DNA of 64,000 bases from Eledone cirrhosa (Eukaryota): the NCBI GenBank assembly GCA_964016885.1, contig OZ024751.1, forward strand, positions 2,480,001-2,544,000. Reading direction: 5' to 3'. Shown one piece after another: positions 14,601 through 26,400 of the stretch. Made by a program: the position numbers and the translations under genes. The notes under the pieces were generated by a model, which was not told the DNA's origin, searched no databases, and saw only the letters and a program-made list of their open reading frames with translations. How positions within the stretch are numbered: position 1 is the stretch's first letter; the number at the start of each line of letters is the position of its first letter.

Positions 14601-17600
14601 ACTGTCATGCTGAACCTTCTCTGTTGAACTGTCGTATTGAACCTTCCCTGTTGAACTGTCATGGACATTCCCTGTGTAACTCTCATATTGAACCTTCCCT
14701 GTTGAACTGTCATATTGAAATTTCCCTGTTGAACTCTCATGCTGAAACTTCCCTGTTGAACTGTCATGTTGAACCTTCTCTGTTTAACTGTCATGCTGAA
14801 CCTTCTCTGTTGAACTGTCATATTGAACTTTCTCTGTTGAACTGTCATGCTGAATCTTCTCTGTTGAACTGTCATGCTGAACATTCCCTGTTGAACTGTC
14901 ATATTGAACCTTCTCTGTTGAACTATCATATTGAACCTTCTCTGTTGAACTGTCATGTTGGACGTTCTCTGTTTAACTGTCATATTGAACCTTCTCTGTT
15001 TAACTGTCATATTGAACCTTCTCTGTTGAACTGTCATATTGAACCTTCCCTGTTGAACTGTCATGTTGAACCTTCTCTGTTTAACTGTCATATTGAACTT
15101 TCTCTGTTGAACTGTCATGCTGAACCTACTATGTTGGATTGACATGCTGAAAATTCCCTGTTGAACTGTCATGTTGGACCTTCTCTGTTTAACTGTCATA
15201 TTGATCTTTCTCTGTTGAACTGTCATGCTGTACCTTCCTTGTTGAACTGTCATGTTGAACCTTCTCTGTTGAACTGTCATATTGAACCTTCTCTGTTGAA
15301 CTGTCATGTTGGACCTTCTCTGTTGAACTGTCATATTGAACCTTCTCTGTAGAATTGTCATATTGAACCTTCTTTGTTTAACTGTCATATTGAAATTTCT
15401 CTGCTGAACTGTCATATTGAACCTTCCCTGTTGAAATGTCATGTTGAACCTTCTATGTTTAACTGTCATATTGAACTTTCTCTGTTGAACTGTCATGCTG
15501 AACCTTCCTTGTTGAACAGTCATGTTGAACCTTCTCTGTTGAACTGTCATATTGAACCTTCTCTGTTGAACTGTCATATTGAACCTTCCCTGTTGAACTG
15601 TCATGTTGAACCTTCTCTGTTTAACTGTCATATTGAACTTTCTCTGTTGAACTGTCATGCTGAACCTTTTATGTTGGACTGTCATGCTGAATCTTCCCTG
15701 TTTAACTGTCATGCTGAATCTTCCCTGTTTAACTGTCATATTGAACTTTCTCTGTTTAACTGTCATGCTGAACCTTCTCTGTTGAACTGTCATATTGAAC
15801 TTTCTCTGTTGAACTGTGAAGCTGAATCTTCCCTGTTGAACTGTCATGCTGAACCTTCCCTGTTTAATTGTCATATTGAACTTTCTCTGTTGAACTGTCA
15901 TGCTGAAACTTCCCTGTTCAACTGTCATATTGAACCTTCCCTGTTGAACTGTCATGCTGAACCTTCCCTGTTGAACTATCATATTGAACCTTCTCCGTTG
16001 AACTGTCATGTTGGACTATCTCTGTTTAACTGTCATATTTAACCTTCTCTGTTTAACTATCATATTGAACATTCTCTGTTGAACTGTCCTGCTGAACCTT
16101 CCCTGTTGAACTGTCATGTTGGACCTTCCCTGTTTAACTGTCATATTTAATCTTCCCTGTTTAACTGTCATGCTGAACCTTCCCTGTTGAACTGGCATCT
16201 TGAACCATCTCTGTTGAACTGTCATGCTGAACCTTCCCTGTTGAACTATCATATTGAACCTTCTTTGTTGAACTGTCATCTTGGACCTTCTCTGTTTAAC
16301 TGTCATATTGAACATTCTCTGTTTAACTGTCATATTGAACATTCTCTGTTGAAATATCATATTGAACCTTCCCTGTTGAAATGTCATGTTGAACCTTCTA
16401 TGTTTAACTGTCATATTGAACTTTCTCTGTTGAACTGTCATGCTGAACCTTCCTTGTTGAACAGTCATGTTGAACCTTCTCTGATGAACTGTCATATTGA
16501 ACCTTCTCTGTTGAAGTGTCATGTTGGACCTTCTCTGTTTAACTGTCATATTGAACCTTCTCTATTTAACTGTCATATTGAACCTTCTCTGATGAACTGT
16601 AATATTGAACCTTCCCAGTTGAACTGTCATGTTGAACCTTCTCTGTTTAACTGTCACATTGAACTTTCTATGTTGAACTGTCATGTTGAACCTTCTCTGT
16701 TGAACTGTCATATTGAAAGTTCGCTGTTGAACTGTCATGTTGGACCTTCTCTGTTGAACTGTCATGTTGAACCTTCTCTGTTTAACTATCATGTTGAACT
16801 TTCTCTGTTGAACTGTGATGCTGAACCTTCCCTGTTGAACTGTCATGTTGAACCTTCCCTGTTGAACTGTCATGTTGAACCTTCTCTGTTGAACTGTCAT
16901 GCTGAACCTTCCCTTTTTAACTGTCATGCTGAACCTTCTATTTTGAACTGTCATGCTGAACCTTCCCTGTTTAACTGTCATGCTGAACCTTCTATGTTGA
17001 ACTGTCATGTTGGACCTTCTCTGTTTAACTGTCATATTGAATCTTCTCTGTTTAACTGTCATATTGAACCTTCTCTGTTGAACTGTCATATTGAACCTTC
17101 CCTGTTGAACTGTCATGTTGAACCTTCTCTGTTGAACTGTCATGCTGAACCTTCCCTTTTTAACTGTCATGCTGAACCTTCTATTTTGAACTGTCATGCT
17201 GAACCTTCCCTGTTTAACTGTCATGCTGAACCTTCTATGTTGAACTGTCATGTTGGACCTTCTCTGTTTAACTGTCATATTGAATCTTCTCTGTTTAACT
17301 GTCATGTTGGACCTTCTCTGTTGAACTGTCACATTGAACCGTCTCTGTAGAACTATCATATTGAACCTTCTTTGTTGAACTGTCATGTTGGACCTTCTCT
17401 GTTTAACTGTCATATTGAACATTCTCTGTTTAACTGTCATATTGAACATTCTCTGTTGAAATATCATATTGAACCTTCCCTGTTGAAATGTCATGTTGAA
17501 CCTTCTATGTTTAACTGTCATATTGAACTTTCTCTGTTGAACTGTCATGCTTAACCTTCCTTGTTGAACAGTCATGTTGAACCTTCTCTGTTGAACTGTC

Positions 17601-17873
17601 ATATTGAACCTTCTCTGTTGAAGTGTCATGTTGGACCTTCTCTGTTTAACTGTCATATTGAAACTTCCCTGTTGAACTGTCATGTTGGACCTTCCCTGTT
17701 TAACTGTCATATTGAACCTTCCCTGTTGAATTGTCATATTGAACTTTCTCTGTTGAACTGTCATATTGAACCTTCCCTGTTGAACTGTCATGTTGAACCT
17801 TCTCTGTTTAACTGTCATATTGAACTTTCTCTGTTGAACTGTCATGCTGAACCTTCCCTGTTGAACTGTCATG
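11661..17873. repeat. 6,198-bp higher-order unit, copy 2 (direct tandem)
   Basis: Carries the same private indels and variants as copy 1 (e.g. gaacctccccta at about 5614/11812, aaagattcat at 7621/13819, catgtttgga at about 7115/13313). The +6198 match breaks at about 17874. Confidence 0.95.
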
Positions 17874-20800
17874 CTGAACCTTCCCTGTTTAACTGTCATG
17901 CTGAACCTTCTATGTTGAACTGTCATGCTGACCCTTCCCTGTTGAACTGTCATGTTGGAACGTCTCTGTTTAACTGTCATATTGAACTTTTTCTGTTGAA
18001 CTGTCATGCTGAACCTTCTCTGTTGATCTATCATATTGAACCTTCTCTGTTGAACTGTCATGTTGGACCTTCTCTGTTTAACTCTCATATTGAACCTTCT
18101 CTGTTTAACTGTCATATTGAACCTTCTCTGTTGAACTGTCATATTGAACATTCTCTGTTGAACTGTCATGCTGAACCTTCCTTGTTGAACTGTATTACTG
18201 AACCTTCTCTGTTGAACTGTCATATTGAAACTTCCCTGTTGAACTATCATGTTGGACCTTCCCTGTTGAACTGTCATATTGAACATTCTCTGTTTAACTG
18301 TCATATTGAACATTCTCTGTTGAACTGTCATGCTGAACATTCCCTGTTGAACTATCATATTGAACCTTCTCTGTTTAACTGTCATATTGAACTTTCTCTG
18401 TTAAACTGTCATACTGAACCTTCTCTGTTGAACTGTCATATTGAAACTTCCCTGTTGAACTGTCATGTTGGACCTTCCCTGTTGAACTGTCATATTGAAC
18501 ATTCTCTGTTTAACTGTCATAATGAACATTCTCTGTTGAAATATCATATTGAACCTTCCCTGTAGAAATGTCATGTTGAACCTTCTCTGTTGAACTGTCA
18601 TATTGAACATTCTCTGTTTAAGTGTCATGTTGGACCTTCTCTGTTTAACTGTCATATTGAACCTTCTCTATTTAACTGTCATATTGAACCTTCTCTGATG
18701 AACTGTCATGTTGGACCTTCTCTGTTGAACTGTCATGTTGAACCTTCTCCGTTTAACTATCATATTGAACTTTCTCTGTTGAACTGTCATGTTGAACCTT
18801 CTCTGTTGAACTGTTATGCTGAACCTTCCCTGTTTAACTGTCATGCTGAACATTCTATGTTGAACCGTCATGCTGAACCTTCCCTGTTTAACTGTCATAT
18901 TGAACTTTCTCTGTTAAACTGTCATACTGAACCTTCTCTGTTGAACTGTCATATTGAAACTTCCCTGTTGAACTGTCATGTTGGACCTTCTCTGTTGAAC
19001 TGTCATGCTGAACCTTCCTTGTTGAACTGTCACGTTGAACCTTCTCTGTTGAACTGTCATATTGAACCTTCTCTGTTGAACTGTCATGTTGGACCTTCTC
19101 TGTTGAACTGTCACATTGAACCTTCTCTGTAGAACTGTCATATTGAACCTTCTCTGTTTAACTGTCATATTGAACTTTCTCTGTTAAACTGTCATACTGA
19201 ACCTTCTCTGTTGAACTGTCATATTGAAACTTCCCTGTTGAACTGTCATGTTGGACCTTCTCTGTTGAACTGTCATGCTGAACCTTCCTTGTTGAACTGT
19301 CACGTTGAACCTTCTCAGTTGAACTGTCATATTGAACCTTCTCTGTTGAACTGTCATGTTGGACCTTCTCTGTTGAACTGTCACATTGAACCTTCTCTGT
19401 AGAACTGTCATATTGAACCTTCTCTGTTTAACTGTCATATTGAACTTTCTCTGTTAAACTGTCATACTGAACCTTCTCTGTTGAATTGTCATATTGAAAC
19501 TTCCCTGTTGAACTGTCATGTTGGACCTTCCCTGTTTAACTGTCATATTGAACCTTCCCTGTTGAACTGTCATATTGAACTTTCTCTGTTGAACTGTCAT
19601 ATTGAACCTTCCCTGTTGAACTGTCATGTTGAACCTTCTCTGTTTAACTGTAATATTGAACTTTCTCTGTTGAACTGTCATGCTGAACCTTCCCTGTTGA
19701 ACTGTCATGCTGAACCTTCCCTGTTTAACTGTCATGCTGAACCTTCTATGTTGAACTGTCATGCTGACCCTTCCCTGTTGAACTGTCATGTTGGAACGTC
19801 TCTGTTTAACTGTCATATTGAACTTTTTCTGTTGAACTGTCATGCTGAACCTTCTCTGTTGATCTATCATATTGAACCTTCTCTGTTGAACTGTCATGTT
19901 GGACCTTCTCTGTTTAACTCTCATATTGAACCTTCTCTGTTTAACTGTCATATTGAACCTTCTCTGTTGAACTGTCATATTGAACCTTCCCTGTTGAACT
20001 GTCATGTTGAACCTTCTCTGTTTAACTGTCATATTGAACATTCTCTGTTGAACTGTCATATTGAAACTTCCCTGTTGATCTATCATGTTGGACCTTCCCT
20101 GTTGAACTATCATATTGAACATTCTCTGTTTAACTGTCGTATTGAACCTTCTCTGTTGAACTGTCATATTGAACCTTCCCTGTTGAACTGTCATGTTGAA
20201 ACTTCTCTGTTTATCTGTCATATTGAACATTCTCTGTTGAACTGTCATGCTGAACCTTCCTTGTTGAACAGTCATGTTGAACCCTCTCTGTTGAACTGTC
20301 ATATTGAACCTTCTCTGTTGAAGTGTCATGTTGGACCTTCTCTGTTTAACTGTCATATTGAACCCTCTCTATTTAACTGTCATATTGAACCTTCTCTGAT
20401 GAACTGTAATATTGAACCTTCCCAGTTGAACTGTCATGTTGAACCTTCTCTGTTTAACTGTCATATTGAACTTTCTCTTTTGAAATGTCATGCTGAACCT
20501 TCCTTGTTGAACTGTCATGTTGAACCTTCTCTGTTGAACTGTCATATTGAAAGTTCGCTGTTGAACTGTCATGTTGGACCTTCTCTGTTGAACTGTCATG
20601 TTGAACCTTCTCTGTTTAACTATCATATTGAACTTTCTCTGTTGAACTGTGATGCTGAACCTTCCCTGTTGAACTGTCATATTGAACCTTCCCTGTTGAA
20701 CTGTCATGTTGAACCTTCTCTGTTGAACTGTTATGCTGAACCTTCCCATTTTAACTGTCATGCTGAACATTCTATGTTGAACTGTCATGCTGAACCTTCC

Positions 20801-23800
20801 CTGTTTAACTGTCATATTGAACTTTCTCTGTTAAACTGTCATACTGAACCTTCTCTGTTGAACTGTCATATTGAAACTTCCCTGTTGAACTGTCATGTTG
20901 GACCTTCCCTGTTTAACTGTCATGCTGAACCTTCCCTGTTGAACTGTCATATTGAACTTTCTCTGTTGAACTGTCATATTGAACCTTCCCTGTTGAACTG
21001 TCATGTTGAACCTTCTCTGTTTAACTGTCATATTGATCTTTCTCTGTTGAACTGTCATGCTGAACCTTCCTTGTTGAACTGTCATATTGAACCTTCTCTG
21101 TTGAACTGTCATGTTGGACATTCTCTGTTGAACTGTCATATTGAACCTTCACTGTAGAACTGTCATATTGAACCTTCTCTGTTTAACTGTCATATTGCAC
21201 TTTCTCTGTTGAACTGTCATACTGAACCTTCTCTGTTGAACTGTCATATTGAACCTTCTCTGTTGAACTGTCACATTGAACCTTCTCTGTAGAACTGTCA
21301 TATTGAACCTTCTCTGTTTAACTGTCATATTGAACTTTCTCTGTTATACTGTCATACTGAACCTTCTCTGTTGAACTGTCATATTGAAACTTCCCTGTTG
21401 AACTGTCATGTTGGACCTTCCCTGTTTAACTGTCATATTGAACCTTCGCTGTTGAACTGTCATATTGAACTTTCTCTGTTGAACTGTCATATTGAACCTT
21501 CCCTGTTGAACTGTCATGTTGAACCTTCTCTGTTTAACTGTAATATTGAACTTTCTCTGTTGAACTGTCATGCTGAACCTTCCCTGTTGAACTGTCATGC
21601 TGAACCTTCCCTGTTTAACTGTCATGCTGAACCTTCTATGTTGAACTGTCATGCTGACCCTTCCCTGTTGAACTGTCATGTTGGAACGTCTCTGTTTAAC
21701 TGTCATATTGAACTTTTTCTGTTGAACTGTCATGCTGAACCTTCTCTGTTGATCTATCATATTGAACCTTCTCTGTTGAACTGTCATGTTGGACCTTCTC
21801 TGTTTAACTCTCATATTGAACCTTCTCTGTTTAACTGTCATATTGAACCTTCTCTGTTGAACTGTCATATTGAACCTTCCCTGTTGAACTGTCATGTTGA
21901 ACCTTCTCTGTTTAACTGTCATATTGAACATTCTCTGTTGAACTGTCATGCTGAACCTTCCTTGTTGAACTGTATTACTGAACCTTCTCTGTTGAACTGT
22001 CATATTGAAACTTCCCTGTTGATCTATCATGTTGGACCTTCCCTGTTGAACTATCATATTGAACATTCTCTGTTTAACTGTCGTATTGAACCTTCTCTGT
22101 TGAACTGTCATATTGAACCTTCCCTGTTGAACTGTCATGTTGAAACTTCTCTGTTTAACTGTCATATTGAACATTCTCTATTGAACGGTCATGCTGAACC
22201 TTCCTTGTTGAACAGTCATGTTGAACCCTCTCTGTTGAACTGTCATATTGAACCTTCTCTGTTGAAGTGTCATGTTGGACCTTCTCTGTTTAACTGTCAT
22301 ATTGAACCCTCTCTATTTAACTGTCATATTGAACCTTCTCTGATGAACTGTAATATTGAACCTTCCCAGTTGAACTGTCATGTTGAACCTTCTCTGTTTA
22401 ACTGTCATATTGAACTTTCTCTGTTGAAATGTCATGCTGAACCTTCCTTGTTGAACTGTCATGTTGAACCTTCTCTGTTGAACTGTCATATTGAAAGTTC
22501 GCTGTTGAACTGTCATGTTGGACCTTCTCTGTTGAACTGTCATGTTGAACCTTCTCTGTTTAACTATCATATTGAACTTTCTCTGTTGAACTGTGATGCT
22601 GAACCTTCCCTGTTGAACTGTCATATTGAACCTTCCCTGTTGAACTGTCATGTTGAACCTTCTCTGTTGAACTGTTATGCTGAACCTTCCCATTTTAACT
22701 GTCAGGCTGAACATTCTATGTTGAACTGTCATGCTGAACCTTCCCTGTTTAACTGTCATATTGAACTTTCTCTGTTAAACTGTCATACTGAACCTTCTCT
22801 GTTGAACTGTCATATTGAAACTTCCCTGTTGAACTGTCATGTTGGACCTTCCCTGTTTAACTGTCATGCTGAACCTTCCCTGTTGAACTGTCATATTGAA
22901 CTTTCTCTGTTGAACTGTCATATTGAACCTTCCATGTTGAACTGTCATGTTGAACCTTCTCTGTTTAACTGTCATATTGAACTTTCTCTGTTGAACTGTC
23001 ATGCTGAACCTTCCTTGATGAACTGTCATATTGAACCTTCTCTGTTGAACTGTCATGTTGGACCTTCTCTGTTGAACTGTCATATTGAACCTTCTCTGTA
23101 GAACTGTCATATTGAACCTTCTCTGTTTAACTGTCATATTGCACTTTCTCTGTTGAACTGTCATACTGAACCTTCTCTGTTGAACTGTCATATTGAACCT
23201 TCTCTGTTGAACTGTCATATTGAATCTTCCCTGTTGAACTGTCATGTTGAACCTTCTCTGTTTAACTGTGATATTGAACATCCTCTGTTGAACTGTCATG
23301 CTGAACCTTCCTTGTTGAACTGTATTACTGAACCTTCTCTGTTGAACTGTCATATTGAAACTTCCCTGTTGAACTGTCATGTTGGACCTTCCCTGTTGAA
23401 CTGTCATATTGAACATTCTCTGTTTAACTGTCATAATGAACATTCTCTGTTGAAATATCATATTGAACCTTCCCTGTAGAAATGTCATGTTGAACCTTCT
23501 ATGTTTAACTGTCATATTGAACATTCTCTGTTGAACTGTCATGCTGAACCTTCCTTGTTGAACAGTCATGTTGAACCTTCTCTGTTGAACTGTCATATTG
23601 AACCTTCTCTATTTAACTGTCATATTGAACCTTCTCTGATGAACTGTAATATTGAACCTTCCCAGTTGAACTGTCATGTTGAACCTTCTCTGTTTAACTG
23701 ACATATTGAACTTTCTCTGTTGAAATGTCATGCTGAACCTTCCTTGTTGAACTGTCATGTTGAACCTTCTCTGTGGAACTGTCATATTGAAAGTTCGCTG

Positions 23801-26400
23801 TTGAACTGTCATGTTGGACCTTCTCTGTTGAACTGTCATGTTGAACCTTCTCCGTTTAACTATCATATTGAACTTTCTCTGTTGAACTGTCATGTTGAAC
23901 CTTCTCTGTTGAACTGTTATGCTGAACCTTCCCTGTTTAACTGTCATGCTGAACATTCTATGTTGAACTGTCATGCTGAACCTTCCCTGTTTAACTGTCA
24001 TATTGAACTTTCTCTGTTAAACTGTCATACTGAACCTTCTCTGTTGAACTGTCATATTGAAACTTGCCTGTTGAACTGTCATGTTGGACCTTCTCTGTTG
24101 AACTGTCATGCTGAACCTTCCTTGTTGAACTGTCACGTTGAACCTTCTCTGTTGAACTGTCATATTGAACCTTCTCTGTTGAACTGTCATGTTGGACCTT
24201 CTCTGTTGAACTGTCACATTGAACCTTCTCTGTAGAACTGTCATATTGAACCTTCTCTGTTTAACTGTCATATTGAACTTTCTCTGTTAAACTGTCATAC
24301 TGAACCTTCTCTGTTGAACTGTCATATTGAAACTTCCCTGTTGAACTGTCATGTTGGACCTTCCCTGTTTAACTGTCATATTGAACCTTCCCTGTTGAAC
24401 TGTCATATTGAACTTTCTCTGTTGAACTGTCATATTGAACCTTCCCTGTTGAACTGTCATGTTGAACCTTCTCTGTTTAACTGTAATATTGAACTTTCTC
24501 TGTTGAACTGTCATGCTGAACCTTCCCTGTTGAACTGTCATGCTGAACCTTCCCTGTTTAACTGTCATGCTGAACCTTCTATGTTGAACTGTCATGCTGA
24601 CCCTTCCCTGTTGAACTGTCATGTTGGAACGTCTCTGTTTAACTGTCATATTGAACTTTTTCTGTTGAACTGTCATGCTGAACCTTCTCTGTTGATCTAT
24701 CATATTGAACCTTCTCTGTTGAACTGTCATGTTGGACCTTCTCTGTTTAACTCTCATATTGAACCTTCTCTGTTTAACTGTCATATTGAACCTTCTCTGT
24801 TGAACTGTCATATTGAACCTTCCCTGTTGAACTGTCATGTTGAACCTTCTCTGTTTAACTGTCATATTGAACATTCTCTGTTGAACTGTCATGCTGAACC
24901 TTCCTTGTTGAACTGTATTACTGAACCTTCTCTGTTGAACTGTCATATTGAAACTTCCCTGTTGATCTATCATGTTGGACCTTCCCTGTTGAACTATCAT
25001 ATTGAACATTCTCTGTTTAACTGTCGTATTGAACCTTCTCTGTTGAACTGTCATATTGAACCTTCCCTGTTGAACTGTCATGTTGAACCTTCTCTGTTTA
25101 ACTGTCATATTGAACATTCTCTGTTGAACTGTCATGCTGAACCTTCCTTGTTGAACAGTCATGTTGAACCCTCTCTGTTGAACTGTCATATTGAACCTTC
25201 TCTGTTGAAGTGTCATGTTGGACCTTCTCTGTTTAACTGTCATATTGAACCCTCTCTATTTAACTGTCATATTGAACCTTCTCTGATGAACTGTAATATT
25301 GAACCTTCCCAGTTGAACTGTCATGTTGAACCTTCTCTGTTTAACTGTCATATTGAACTTTCTCTGTTGAAATGTCATGCTGAACCTTCCTTGTTGAACT
25401 GTCATGTTGAACCTTCTCTGTTGAACTGTCATATTGAAAGTTCGCTGTTGAACTGTCATGTTGGACCTTCTCTGTTGAACTGTCATGTTGAACCTTCTCT
25501 GTTTAACTATCATATTGAACTTTCTCTGTTGAACTGTGATGCTGAACCTTCCCTGTTGAACTGTCATATTGAACCTTCCCTGTTGAACTGTCATGTTGAA
25601 CCTTCTCTGTTGAACTGTTATGCTGAACCTTCCCATTTTAACTGTCATGCTGAACATTCTATGTTGAACTGTCATGCTGAACTTTCCCTGTTTAACTGTC
25701 ATATTGAACTTTCTCTGTTAAACTGTCATACTGAACCTTCTCTGTTGAACTGTCATATTGAAACTTCCCTGTTGAACTGTCATGTTGGACCTTCCCTGTT
25801 TAACTGTCATGCTGAACCTTCCCTGTTGAACTGTCATATTGAACTTTCTCTGTTGAACTGTCATATTGAACCTTCCCTGTTGAACTGTCATGTTGAACCT
25901 TCTCTGTTTAACTGTCATATTGAACTTTCTCTGTTGAACTGTCATGCTGAACCTTCCTTGTTGAACTGTCATATTGAACCTTCTCTGTTGAACTGTCATG
26001 TTGGACCTTCTCTGTTGAACTGTCATATTGAACCTTCTCTGTAGAACTGTCATATTGAACCTTCTCTGTTTAACTGTCATATTGCACTTTCTCTGTTGAA
26101 CTGTCATACTGAACCTTCTCTGTTGAACTGTCATATTGAACCTTCCCTGTTGAACTGTCATGTTGGACCTTCTCTGTTTAACTGTCATATTGAACCTTCC
26201 CTGTTGAACTGTCATATTGAACTTTCTCTGTTGAACTGTCATGCTGAACCTTCCCTGTTTAACTGTCATGCTGAACCTTCCCTGTTTAACTGTCATGCTG
26301 AACCATCTATGTTGAACTGTCATGCTGACCCTTCCCTGTTGAACTGTCATGTTGGACCGTCTCTGTTTAACTGTCATATTGAACTTTCTCTGTTGAACTG
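17640..26400. repeat. Satellite domain built from an about 1.9-kb higher-order unit (about 70 monomers) in several near-identical copies
   Basis: ORFs starting at 19481, 21371 and 24314 have almost the same monomer order (spacings 1,890 = 70 x 27 and 2,943 = 109 x 27). The marker pair gctgacccttccc...gttggaacgtc is at about 17927, 19763, 21653 and 24596. Confidence 0.85.
18890..19520. repeat. Local 270-bp (10-monomer) tandem duplication
   Basis: Minus-strand ORFs 18914..19168 and 19184..19438 are nearly identical at offset 270. The marker gttaaactgtcatact recurs at about 18913, 19183 and 19453. Ends are approximate. Confidence 0.85.
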
